Origin: a virus
Lineage: Duplodnaviria; Caudoviricetes
IMG/VR virus record: IMGVR_UViG_3300020043_002604
Span: 1 to 24,031 of that record
Length of the DNA: 24,031 nt
Strand: one strand, 5' to 3'
This document shows, in pieces, positions 6,438-16,700 of the stretch. A program made the position numbers and the translations under genes. Numbering within the stretch: position 1 is the first letter of the stretch; every line of letters begins with the position of its first letter. A model generated the notes under the pieces. The model had not been told where the DNA came from and did not search any database. It saw nothing but the letters and a program-made list of their open reading frames with translations.

Positions 6438-6468
6438 AAAAAGACCCCCCATTTTTGTAAATGGGGGG
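6438..6468 (-). terminator. intrinsic terminator after the capsid/major tail operon
   Basis: 10-bp stem CCCCCCATTT (6445-6454)/AAATGGGGGG (6459-6468), 4-nt loop, followed by UCUUUUU on the minus strand. Confidence 0.85.
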
Positions 6469-6535
6469 CTAAAAATTAAATAATTTTTCTATGTCAAATT
6501 AGAATGGTTATTCTATTTACATTTAGGGTAAAAGT

Positions 6536-7051
6536 TTAAACAATTACCGAGAGGGCAGCGGCTGCTTCAACTTCGTAAGCAATTTCGGGTTCAGCACCCA
6601 TAAAGGTTATAACCGCTCCATTTAGGTCCCCATATGCTTTACCCAATTGGGGTGTTGAAGCAGATACACGGACGGGATTTTGCTTACCCATCAACCAATA
6701 CTTACCTCTTTGGTCTTTGATAATTACTCTCCATTTACCTTGACCCAATACGAGAATGGTATTTCTCAATGGTGCCTCAAGTTTATGAAGTGTAATTACG
6801 CAAGTTTGCTCATAGAACGATGTTCCATTTTCATTTGAGAATACACCATTTTCGGTATAACTACCTACTTGCGCTTCTTGCTCAAATGTAAAGAATGAAC
6901 CGGTAGCACCCGTAAATGCAGTTATAATAGAGGCTGTCCCAAAAGTATAACCTAACGCATCCCCGTTCCATTCTCCGATATAAACCTCTTGAATACCACC
7001 TATATTATCGCGGCAACCAAGAGCATATCCAGCTGTTAATACACATGCCAT
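6536..7051 (-). CDS. putative major tail (tube) protein
   Basis: 171 aa, 'MACVLTAGYALGCRDNIGGIQEVYI...ENGTSFYEQT...KDQRGKYWLMG...GKAYGDLNGAVITF', beta-rich tube-like family that follows the capsid gene. Confidence 0.75.
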   Translation of the reverse strand: MACVLTAGYALGCRDNIGGIQEVYIGEWNGDALGYTFGTASIITAFTGATGSFFTFEQEAQVGSYTENGVFSNENGTSFYEQTCVITLHKLEAPLRNTILVLGQGKWRVIIKDQRGKYWLMGKQNPVRVSASTPQLGKAYGDLNGAVITFMGAEPEIAYEVEAAAALSVIV

Positions 7052-7090
7052 ATTTTATAATTGATTTTTTTTTGTTTAAGTTTAACTTAA

Positions 7091-8041
7091 TTAGGAGTTC
7101 TTAATAACTATGTATTGAGGAAATGCGACTTGAGCACCGACTTTGAACTTTGCTCTAAAGTATGTGATGTTATCACGAATGTCATACCAAAATTGGAAAC
7201 CATCTCCGTTTCTCGCCTCTCCGAAACTATCTGTTCCAAAGTAAAGGTTCCATCCGGGTGTCAAGACCATTTCGTTTCTACCATTCAAACCACGAGTAGC
7301 AACAATTCTTACATTGGTATTTGTGTAATTATCCAATACCCATGTGTGTCTTTGTCCGTCGTAAGCAACAAAGTAATTTTGCTGTCTCAAAGCATTCATA
7401 AGAACTCTAAAGTTAGCATGGGACATAAATAGTGTAAGGTTATTATCGTCCAATACATCATTGGGGATTAGTCTAACCATATCATCAACTACATCAAGTG
7501 CATTTGCAAGGGTCAAAGCACCCGAATAAGTAGTTGAAATAACGGAGTTAGTAGCAGCGGTATTTTCAAGGATGTCAAGAATACCGGTGCAAAGGGTTAA
7601 ATTACCACTACCATAGGCACCACCGGTGTCCCCTTTCCAGAATAGGTCCTCTACCAATTGACCTATTTTCTCTACTTTGTTAGCAAGATAAACTTGATTG
7701 AATACTTCGGGTGCGAATTCATTGTAAGAACCCTCTCTTGCTAATTGACCAATCCAGTATTGTTCAAACTCATCTACACACACACTTTCTTCAACCTTAA
7801 TGGGACATACTTGAATGTCTCTTTGGGTTAGAGTAGTTGAACCCGTGGGGGAGATTGTTCCACATCCACCCGCTACTGCGGTTAGGGTGTTAGTAAGTAG
7901 GTTAATGCTATCTGCATACTTAATACCTTGCTGTATTGAAACATAATCAAAAGTATTACCTACGAGGACTGCTTCCTTCAATAGAATACCCGACAATTGG
8001 TCGGTGTATTTAGTTAAAGAATTAAGATTTAATGTTGCCAT
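7091..8041 (-). CDS. major capsid protein
   Basis: 316 aa after the scaffold; 'GIKYADSINLL', 'VEDLFWKGDT', 'NLYFGTD', 'YFRAKFKVGAQVAFP' fit an HK97-fold MCP of Bacteroidota phages. Confidence 0.85.
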   Translation of the reverse strand: MATLNLNSLTKYTDQLSGILLKEAVLVGNTFDYVSIQQGIKYADSINLLTNTLTAVAGGCGTISPTGSTTLTQRDIQVCPIKVEESVCVDEFEQYWIGQLAREGSYNEFAPEVFNQVYLANKVEKIGQLVEDLFWKGDTGGAYGSGNLTLCTGILDILENTAATNSVISTTYSGALTLANALDVVDDMVRLIPNDVLDDNNLTLFMSHANFRVLMNALRQQNYFVAYDGQRHTWVLDNYTNTNVRIVATRGLNGRNEMVLTPGWNLYFGTDSFGEARNGDGFQFWYDIRDNITYFRAKFKVGAQVAFPQYIVIKNS

Positions 8042-8063
8042 TTTTTAATTTATTTATTTTTTA

Positions 8064-8654
8064 TTAGATTTTATTTCTATTTCTTCTTGCTCTCTCCCTT
8101 ATATCCATAATGTCGGGTTGAGAAGCGAACTCTTTTTTCAAACCAATTGGTTTATTTTCAACGGGTTGGGATTTAATGGGTGTTTCAGATGGTAATGCTG
8201 CAAACTCGGACATTTTCTTTTCCATCATGTCTTTATTTTTCATAAGTTCCATAATCATTTCCTCACACTTTGCAAGTCTGGTTTTCATACCCTCGTATTC
8301 AACCATGTCAATTCCACTTTCCATTTTTTCTTCTTTTACATCTTCGGTCATTGGTTTATCTTCCTTAACCATTTCTGCGGGTTCGGTCTCCATTTCGGGT
8401 TCAAAAATACCAGAAACTTTACCCCCACTAACCATAATCTTTACACCATTATCAAGGGTGTATTCGCCTTCGTTCAATGGGGCATTATTCCCGTCCGCAT
8501 CTACATAAAAGATTTCGGCACCTACTTCGAAACTTTCAGCGGGTGTCGTAAGGAGTAAATCCCCCGCTTTAGCCTCTGCAAATGTCTGTGTCTCGGGTGT
8601 AATGAGGGACTTTAGTTGAACTTTTATTCTACTAATTAAATCTTGTCTTTTCAT
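8064..8654 (-). CDS. putative scaffolding protein
   Basis: Acidic 196 aa, 'APLNEGEYTLDNGVKIMVSGGKV' motif then Glu/Met-rich coiled coil, between protease and MCP. Confidence 0.7.
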   Translation of the reverse strand: MKRQDLISRIKVQLKSLITPETQTFAEAKAGDLLLTTPAESFEVGAEIFYVDADGNNAPLNEGEYTLDNGVKIMVSGGKVSGIFEPEMETEPAEMVKEDKPMTEDVKEEKMESGIDMVEYEGMKTRLAKCEEMIMELMKNKDMMEKKMSEFAALPSETPIKSQPVENKPIGLKKEFASQPDIMDIRERARRNRNKI

Positions 8655-8679
8655 TATTAGAGTTATTTTTATTTATAGA

Positions 8680-8706
8680 TAATATAATTAAACTCAACTT
8701 TTTCTA
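8680..8706 (-). promoter_or_regulatory. candidate late promoter motif, copy 2
   Basis: Minus strand TAGAAAAA-N12-TATATTA upstream of scaffold-MCP-MTP. Confidence 0.6.
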
Positions 8707-8764
8707 AAATTGTAAAAATTATTTTTAAGTTGAACCCTTTTATATATTTTTTAATATAAAGGTT

Positions 8765-9271
8765 ATGGATAAGTTTAATACAGACCTAATGGATGGTAAA
8801 TTAGGGGAAAGGATAGTAATGGGTATTTTTAATAGTTATGGGTTTAACCTTTTAGATTGGAACACTAATAAAGAACCCGCCCACATAGACCCTAAAGGGT
8901 ATGACCTTAAGTTTGATAATGGTATAAATGTCTTTACCATAGAGGTAAAGACAGATAGATATGAAAGATTTAAAGGTTATACGGGTAATCTATTTATAGA
9001 AGTAAAATGTAATGGTAATCCTAGTGGTTTAATGGCGACAAAAGCCGACTACCTAATCTATTACCTACCCGATTTGGAACAAATGTGGATGATTAGGGTT
9101 AATAAACTAAAATATATCTTTAAAAAAATAGGTGGTAGATTAGATAGACGGGGTCGTAGTGGCGATAAGGGTAAGGTAGTAGGTTATTTATTACCCCGAA
9201 GTAAGTTTAGAAGGTTCTTTAAGGTAAAAAAAATAACTAAAAGTAGTATAGGTCATTACCTTTTTACATAA
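8765..9271 (+). CDS. PD-(D/E)XK-fold nuclease-like protein
   Basis: 'GKLGE...GYDL...TIEVKTD...TGNLFIE...SGLMATKADY' gives an E..D..EVK catalytic pattern; the only credible + strand gene. Confidence 0.75.
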   Translation: MDKFNTDLMDGKLGERIVMGIFNSYGFNLLDWNTNKEPAHIDPKGYDLKFDNGINVFTIEVKTDRYERFKGYTGNLFIEVKCNGNPSGLMATKADYLIYYLPDLEQMWMIRVNKLKYIFKKIGGRLDRRGRSGDKGKVVGYLLPRSKFRRFFKVKKITKSSIGHYLFT

Positions 9272-10179
9272 TACGGGAACCTATCTATTTTTGTGTATCT
9301 ATTTCCAAATACATCAAAGAAATAACCCCTACCATTCCAAAATCTTTCTGCTTCATCACAAATGGGACATGGATAAGATTTACCATCTTTACCAATGTAG
9401 GGTGCTGACTTTTGAAAATCACCTAACATAAGGTCGCACCTACAATTGGGATGGACTATACCCTCTTTAGCAAACTCATGGTGGTTATGTTCGCAACACT
9501 TACTATGAGTATTTTCATCCCAAATACCAAATATATTTGTAAGTTCTGCTAATGAAATGTCCTCTAACACCTCATCAATGGTCCAATCCTTATCCTCTAT
9601 TGCTTTTAAACTAACTAACATTTGGTTTAAAAGACCTTCAATACTAAACCCATACTTACCATTACCTTTAATCTCGGTGTCCCAAAAATCTTTATCATCT
9701 ACCTTAATTTTAACCATGTAGGTGCCTACCGGAACTTCAAACCCATACTTACGGGACTTATCATAAACGGGGTCTTCAACAATCCAATCTTCTGTAATAA
9801 ATGCATCTACCATTTTATTAGTATGGTCTATGTTGATGCGTCTATTACTACCATATCTATTGAACTTTTGAACCATTTTTTCAATAGTTTCTTTACTAAA
9901 TACTACAAAGTATTCATACCCATCGGGGTTCCTTCTTCTTATTTTAACATCGGGAACCAAAGCGGGTCCAACAATAACCATTTTATCGCCATCCTCTTTG
10001 AAATAGTGTTCCATAGTATAACTTTCATCTTTACTAAAAGCCATACCTTTAATACCAATAGCGGGATTTTCTACCAAAGAGATTAGGTTAATACCGGTTT
10101 CGTCTTCGTCCGAAATAGTAATTTCATAAACGGGTAATCTATTTTCGTCAATTTTTTCTGCTTTCTTAAAGTTAAACAT
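9256..10179 (-). CDS. prohead protease (XkdF-like) with C-terminal Cys/His-rich extension
   Basis: 'ISLVENPAI', 'GPALVPD', 'FSKETIEK', 'NIDH', 'GFSIEG' (catalytic His and Ser motifs); upstream of scaffold and MCP. Confidence 0.85.
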   Translation of the reverse strand: MFNFKKAEKIDENRLPVYEITISDEDETGINLISLVENPAIGIKGMAFSKDESYTMEHYFKEDGDKMVIVGPALVPDVKIRRRNPDGYEYFVVFSKETIEKMVQKFNRYGSNRRINIDHTNKMVDAFITEDWIVEDPVYDKSRKYGFEVPVGTYMVKIKVDDKDFWDTEIKGNGKYGFSIEGLLNQMLVSLKAIEDKDWTIDEVLEDISLAELTNIFGIWDENTHSKCCEHNHHEFAKEGIVHPNCRCDLMLGDFQKSAPYIGKDGKSYPCPICDEAERFWNGRGYFFDVFGNRYTKIDRFPYYVKR

Positions 10180-10200
10180 GGGTGTATATATAATTTTTAT

Positions 10201-13164
10201 TTACACGAATAGTGCTCTTTGTTCTATAACACTAACTTTATTTTGTGTTTCTGTAATGTCGGTTTCTAATACATAAACCCTATTAGGTCCTTGCATATTT
10301 GGTCCCCCTAACATTTGTGCTGCCCCTAAACCAAAAAAGGTAGGTGCTTGAAATGTAGGTGGGGGTGCCACCTCTTGACCCATTTGATTTACACCTTGAT
10401 ATAAACTCTGTAGAACACCTAAATCGGGGGACATTGCGGGTGGTGGGGTTCCACCTCCTCCACCTCCTCCTCCACTACTAACACCCCCACCTTGAAATTG
10501 CTGTGCTGCAATTCCCGCAATTGTAGCAGCGTTAAGTGCTATTTGTGCTGCAATCCTTATACCACTTTGAATACCCAATGTAAAGTCGGGAACAGATGTA
10601 ATAGCAAGAATAGATTGGAGACCATTAATGACTGCTAAACCAATGTTAAATGCTTTTTGTGTATCAAATTGTTGCTTTGCTAATCTTTGTTCCTCTTCGC
10701 TACCCTTTTTTACATTTGCCATACGGGTCTTAAAGTAAGCATCCGTAATTGAACTAATACCCGAGATGGTATTTTTACTTATGTTGAAAAATCTATTCTG
10801 TGCCTCTTGCTGTATTTTAAAGTTAGTATCTGCCTCTTGCTTTGTAATTTCATTTCTTTTTAAACTATTTTCCCTTGCCAAATCGTTAAGACCTAATTCG
10901 TATAACTCTTTGTGCTTGGTCATTTGCTTATAGAAGTTCTGTGTAATAATTTCCTCCTCAGCACTACCCTTTTGAACCTTACTTAACTTTTCTAAATAAG
11001 TCGCTTGAGATTGTGATAAAAAGTCAAGGTAGGTTCTCTCTTCTTTTGCCTTATTAAGTTGATAATCAAGTTCTCTTTGTTGCTGTAGTTCCCCATAGTA
11101 AGACTTACTTGCATCAAGTGCTGCATTATACATTTCACCACCAATACTAATACCGGGTAAAATGGTTAATGCTGCAAATGGTTCCTCAAGTGTAGATTGC
11201 AATTGGTTCTTTAGTAGTGCTGCTGTATTAGTATAAGTTCTTAAACTAAACTCTTGACCTTGAATACTCGCATCTAACTCTTCCTTAAGTGCTGTGAGAG
11301 AGAAGCCAAATGTCTTTACGACATCTTCCATACTTTTGGTAGTTTCAAGGGTCCTACCCATAACCGCATCAAAGAAGTCGTTAGCGGGGACTAATTGTGT
11401 TTCATAGAACTTACCAAATGGTCCATCTTTAACTACTTTGAAGAACTCGGCTGTGGCAGTAGCCCAATTTATTTGCGCTTTCTCAACAGCATCAAAAGCA
11501 ATTAAACCAATGTCCTCTTGCATCTTTTGTGCTGCTGCTGTATTTACTTCGCCCGTCTTTTTATTATAGTCCTCGGTTAATTTTAACTTAAATAATTGGT
11601 ATTCATTTTCGGACATACCCAATTTAAGGTAATTATCTTGATAATAAGTTAATTTATTTTTTAGGTATGTCTGTTCGGCTTGCAATCTATCAATACTACC
11701 ATCAAGGGTAGATTGAACTTTAATTTGTTCGTTAGTTTCCCAATTATTTAAGTCCTCTTGCGCTTGCCTTTTTAGATTTTCATACATCTGTTTATTGATG
11801 TTCTCAATCTGCTGTGCAAACTCAAGTTCTTTTGCTTTAATTTCGTCATTACTTAACTCCAAATCATTTTGGTGTTTCTTCATTAACGACAATTGTTTCT
11901 CCCTCCATTCCTTTTCTACCTCTAACCTTTCTTGAGTATTTTCTTGCGTCTGTAATAACCTTAATCTGTAATGGTTATTAAGGTCATCCATCTCCTCTGT
12001 AATTGCTTCCCTACGGGCAGCCTTATTTACTTCAGCAATTTGTTGATTTGCTTGCCTTTCAATTTGAACCTTGAGTGCTGCTTGCAGTGCAAAGGACTTA
12101 CCTTCAACCTTAAGTGCATCAATTTTTCTATCTAACTCTGCTAAATCTTCTTGCTTTTTTAAGTTAATTTCCTCAATCCTTCTTCTTCTTTGGTCTGTTA
12201 TATTACTAATAACAATTTGATTGTATTGGTCCTCTAAACCCGCTTTAATTTCAGCAGCCTCTTTTTCTTTAGCAATTCTTAAAGATGTTGCTTCAACCTC
12301 TTTACCTACTAATTGTTTCTGTAGTTCATCATACCTTGCCTTATCGGCTTCTAACATGTCCCTATTTGCTTGCTGCCTTGACCTTATTTCGTCAATCTCC
12401 TTTTGCATTAGGGCAATTTGGGCTTCATTTACCTCAAAGTTTAATTGTGCTTCTGTTCTTACATCTTTAAGAAAATCAACCTCAACACCCGCTTTTTTTG
12501 CTATAAGTGCTAACTCCCTTTCGGTAAGAACCTCTCTTAATTGTAGTAATTGACTATAAATACCCCTTTCTTGATTAAGTCTTTCCATCCTTTCCTCAAA
12601 GGACTTTTTACTTGCTTCCGCTAATTGTTCCTCCGCTTTACGGGTAATACCCATTGCGTCTGTTAAAGCAAAGAAACCTTTAACCAAATCACCCACCATT
12701 CTTTTAATACCATCCAATACGGGACCTAATAAACCAAATGCTGCTAATACTGCCCCAATAGCAATAGTAATACCTACAATTACAGCACCTAACATAAAGA
12801 TTGGGTTTGCTTTTAGGGCAGCACCAATACCCGATAAACCCGTCTTGAACTTATCAAAATCTACATTAACTACACTCTCCCTTAATAACCCAAATGAATT
12901 ACTCATTCTCTCAACGGGGGACCCATCAAGAGTTCTTACACTATCATTTATGTCCCCAATGGCTTCACGGGTAGCAGCCAATCTACGAGTGGTTGAGTTA
13001 GCGGCTTGCTGTAATTGTTGAAACTCGGCACTACTTTCATCCCCAATTTGGCTTTGTAAATCCCTTATATCTACTAATGCCCTTCTTAATTGTCCTAAAG
13101 ATTGTGCTGATTGTGCGCTTTCAACTGCAGTATCAATTTGTATTTGTATGTTCTGACGAGCCAT
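10201..13164 (-). CDS. tail tape measure protein
   Basis: 987 aa, long helical/coiled-coil, hydrophobic segment after 'ALKANPIF', Ala/Ile-rich C-terminal segment, Gly linker and terminal 'VYVLETDITETQ'. Confidence 0.85.
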   Translation of the reverse strand: MARQNIQIQIDTAVESAQSAQSLGQLRRALVDIRDLQSQIGDESSAEFQQLQQAANSTTRRLAATREAIGDINDSVRTLDGSPVERMSNSFGLLRESVVNVDFDKFKTGLSGIGAALKANPIFMLGAVIVGITIAIGAVLAAFGLLGPVLDGIKRMVGDLVKGFFALTDAMGITRKAEEQLAEASKKSFEERMERLNQERGIYSQLLQLREVLTERELALIAKKAGVEVDFLKDVRTEAQLNFEVNEAQIALMQKEIDEIRSRQQANRDMLEADKARYDELQKQLVGKEVEATSLRIAKEKEAAEIKAGLEDQYNQIVISNITDQRRRRIEEINLKKQEDLAELDRKIDALKVEGKSFALQAALKVQIERQANQQIAEVNKAARREAITEEMDDLNNHYRLRLLQTQENTQERLEVEKEWREKQLSLMKKHQNDLELSNDEIKAKELEFAQQIENINKQMYENLKRQAQEDLNNWETNEQIKVQSTLDGSIDRLQAEQTYLKNKLTYYQDNYLKLGMSENEYQLFKLKLTEDYNKKTGEVNTAAAQKMQEDIGLIAFDAVEKAQINWATATAEFFKVVKDGPFGKFYETQLVPANDFFDAVMGRTLETTKSMEDVVKTFGFSLTALKEELDASIQGQEFSLRTYTNTAALLKNQLQSTLEEPFAALTILPGISIGGEMYNAALDASKSYYGELQQQRELDYQLNKAKEERTYLDFLSQSQATYLEKLSKVQKGSAEEEIITQNFYKQMTKHKELYELGLNDLARENSLKRNEITKQEADTNFKIQQEAQNRFFNISKNTISGISSITDAYFKTRMANVKKGSEEEQRLAKQQFDTQKAFNIGLAVINGLQSILAITSVPDFTLGIQSGIRIAAQIALNAATIAGIAAQQFQGGGVSSGGGGGGGGTPPPAMSPDLGVLQSLYQGVNQMGQEVAPPPTFQAPTFFGLGAAQMLGGPNMQGPNRVYVLETDITETQNKVSVIEQRALFV

Positions 13165-13179
13165 TGTAATGTAATAATT

Positions 13180-13725
13180 TTATCCTTTTTGTATGTTAGA
13201 GGTCCATGAGATTGTATAACCCGCTGCCCCATTTACATTTACACTTAAAGTTAAACCACTAATGGTTAATTGGGGTCCAATACCTACCGCACTAAAATCT
13301 TTGTAAGTATTTAATGAATAGGTGCCACCCGTAAATGCTATACTTGATGTCCCATAACCTCTTAAACCAAAAAATATATCCGATACTATAGTTTCATAAT
13401 TAGATGCGTCCGCTTGACCCTTAATTTGTATTTTATACCAATCTACACCAATGTTAGGGGTAGTTAGTTCTACCAATGTTGAACTTTGTGTCCCAATTGT
13501 TGATGCTGTAAAGAAACTACCTAACATAACTTCCTTAACCTCGGTCCCCGTTCTAATGTAAGTCTTTTTATCTGTTTCGTTAATCCCGAACTCACTATAT
13601 GCTAAATCGTATATGGTCCATGAACCATCTGTAAAGTCGTTAGAAGATGGGGTCGTAAAATAACTACCCGTATAACCTACAATGGTGTGGTGTGAAATCC
13701 TACTTTTTTGTGTAATTAAACTCAT
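13180..13725 (-). CDS. putative minor tail/fibre-associated protein (181 aa)
   Basis: Thr/Ser/Gly-rich, beta-type; 'SEFGINETDKKTYIRTG' resembles short fibre-attachment N-terminal motifs. Confidence 0.55.
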   Translation of the reverse strand: MSLITQKSRISHHTIVGYTGSYFTTPSSNDFTDGSWTIYDLAYSEFGINETDKKTYIRTGTEVKEVMLGSFFTASTIGTQSSTLVELTTPNIGVDWYKIQIKGQADASNYETIVSDIFFGLRGYGTSSIAFTGGTYSLNTYKDFSAVGIGPQLTISGLTLSVNVNGAAGYTISWTSNIQKG

Positions 13726-13731
13726 ACTATG

Positions 13732-13757
13732 TAATATAATTTTTGTTATTTTTTCTA
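13732..13757 (-). promoter_or_regulatory. candidate late promoter motif, copy 3
   Basis: Minus strand TAGAAAAA-N11-TATATTA; the TAG is also the upstream gene's stop codon. Confidence 0.55.
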
Positions 13758-16700
13758 ATCCTCTCTTTGGTAAAAATTACCTTGAATATAATTTACGGGG
13801 TCTTGACTACCAAAGTTAATGATAGCATTTTTACCAGCCTCAATATAGTTAGGTGGTTTCATTGTAAATGGACTTAATACCTCATTCTTACCCGATTGTA
13901 TATAGTTTGAAAAAGCAACAATAACCCCACCGAAACCTAAAGTATTTGAACTTTGTATAGTTAAACCATTACCTATGACTAAACTATTTTGAACCCCCAT
14001 ATCAATTGTATTACCCGAACCTAACACCATGTTGCCATTGGTCAAATTACTTACTAAATTGTTATTACCAAAGACTATATTTTGGTCCGAGTAGATTTGG
14101 TTCCTACTACCTATTACTAAACTACGATTACCCGCTACTTCATTATCTCTACCCGCAATGATTACATCTGCTCTTGAGATGTTATTGTCTCTTGCAGTAG
14201 TTAAACTATTAACACTACTCGGGTAATCCAATACAGAAGGTTGCCTCTCGGGACCCGGTGCTTCATATCTACCAAATACCCCACCAAATCCTAACTCGGG
14301 TTTAGGTATTTGGGTAGTCTTTGACTTGATAAGTTCAACCTTACATGGTCTTCCCGAAACGGGGTCATAATTAACTATTTTATTTACTTTATAGTATTGT
14401 CCCGCAATGTGGATGTTATCACTGAAACTAAACTCATTTATGTCATTGGCAGTTAAATTAGCATCAATAGTAATAATTCTACTATCTTTATCTGTAATTT
14501 CGTTAATAAACCCACTCCAATAAGTATTGTAAAGTGTATTACTCGTGATTGTTTCTAATGGGTGGTAATAACCTACCGCTTGACCAAAGTTAAGGTCATA
14601 GTTAGGTCTTCTCGGGTGTGAGAAATGTCCCAAATACGGATAATAATTAACCTCTCTAAATGTGGGACCATCCAAAAAATACCATTTGTCGGAACCTACT
14701 ACACCGGGTAATGGTGTAGCATTACCCGAAACATAACCTACCCATGTAGGTCGGGGTGTTAAACTAATTACAATGGTTCTATTATTTATTACCTCTAATA
14801 CCTCAAATGTCCCTTGAAGTGTAGGGTAGGTAATACCCCCATCTGTTTGATTTATACTTAATACATCACCCACATTAAACGCATGTATTCTTTGGGGTGC
14901 AATACCTTGAGATGTAATAACAGCATAATCGGGAAAATTAGGACTTACAGATGTAGTTAAACCACCAAATAACCATGTAGAGGTTTGGTTAGGTTCATAA
15001 CGGGTAAGTATTCTAATGTTAATGTCGGTCCCCTCAAATACCTCATTGTTTAATTTACCTATTTTGGGTATTATTATTCTTTGTGAGTTAGGCATTAAAT
15101 CTAATGGGGTGGGACTAAAGATTGGTTCAATACTTTTTATACCCGAGTTGAACTCATTATCAATAATTTTTCTATACTCGCCAAAAGATATATTTTGCTT
15201 TTTTAAATAATCTTGGTTAAACCAATCTGTATCCTCTCTATACTTTAACCTAATTTCCCTATTTTGAGTTTCTGCTAAAATCTGTTCTTTAATTGGTGTA
15301 GTTAAATCTACCTTACCCGTCCAATCTTTAATCTCCCCATTAGCATAATAGTCATCCCGTGGTTCAATCCTTAATACCCTCTCTAAAGTCTTTGATGGTT
15401 CAATGTATAGGTTAAACATTTTAATTAAGGATGATAGGAAATCCTTATTTTTTATTTGTTTAGGTATTATTTGGTTATAATCAATTACATCGCCCAAAAG
15501 TAAAATCTCTTGAACATTATTATAAAATCTTAACGAACTACTAAATGTCCCCAATGGTAATCCGGGTGGCACATTGGGTCTTTGTTGCGTCCCTTGAATA
15601 GCATTAGCACTAATTATATTAGGTCCAATGAAATAACCATTACCATTACCACCCCATCCTACACCAATACCATTTTGTAGGTTAATCTGTTCTCTATACT
15701 CGCCACTATCAATACCCAATTTAATTTCAACCCATACATCCTCGTTATTACTTAACCTATAGTTATTTACAAATCCACTTGCCCCACTAAGAAAATCACT
15801 CTCAATAGTTCCCCTTACTCGTCTATATCTAACTACTTGCGTTATGTTCGGGGATGGGTTATTATTTTCTTCATATACATCAATAGTAATGGGGTCTAAT
15901 AATTCAAGGTTCTTAATAAGTGGCGAACCTAAAGGTATTCTACCCGCTACACCATTAACGGGTAAAAATCTATTCGCAGCAGGCTGACCCGCAGCATTAA
16001 ACGACCTTCTAAATGCAATCCAGTTAGCGGGAGAAGCGGGAGGACCATGTAAAGGGTTAGTATTATAAGTAATGAGTGGGGTATTAATAACATTTGGGTC
16101 AATAGGGTCAATACCTTCTGCTATGTCTATACCAAATTGTAATTGTATGTCAAAATTACATACGAACTTCATTGACCTAATCAAACCCGTAGAGGGTGCC
16201 CTAAAATTGTAAGTTAAAGTGTTATATACACCATTAGGGTCTCCATTAGGTGCTGCTTCACTATTAAAAGGTAATCTATAAACACCCCAATCGTAAGGTC
16301 TTACTACATAATTGTAATCAATGTTGCCCGGTGGAACCATTGATGTAGGGTAAGGTAATACATAATTGGACGCACCGGGATTACCAATAACTACATTACT
16401 CGCTGCGTATTGTGTTGAGAAACTTACGGCTGTTAATCTACCCGCACTAAATAAATTATCCCCATCGGTAGGATTACTCATTACTTGACCCGAAAATGGT
16501 ATGTATAACTTCTTAAATACACTTGAGTTTAAGAAATTACTTTCATATGTATAACCCGCATCTTGAAAGATTTTATCTACCATATACTTAACATTGGTAG
16601 CGGGGAAAAAGTGGTTAGCGGGAATACCATTACTAATTGGATTTACACCTACGGGTATTCTACCAATGTTATTATAATCATAATCTTTACCATAATCTAT

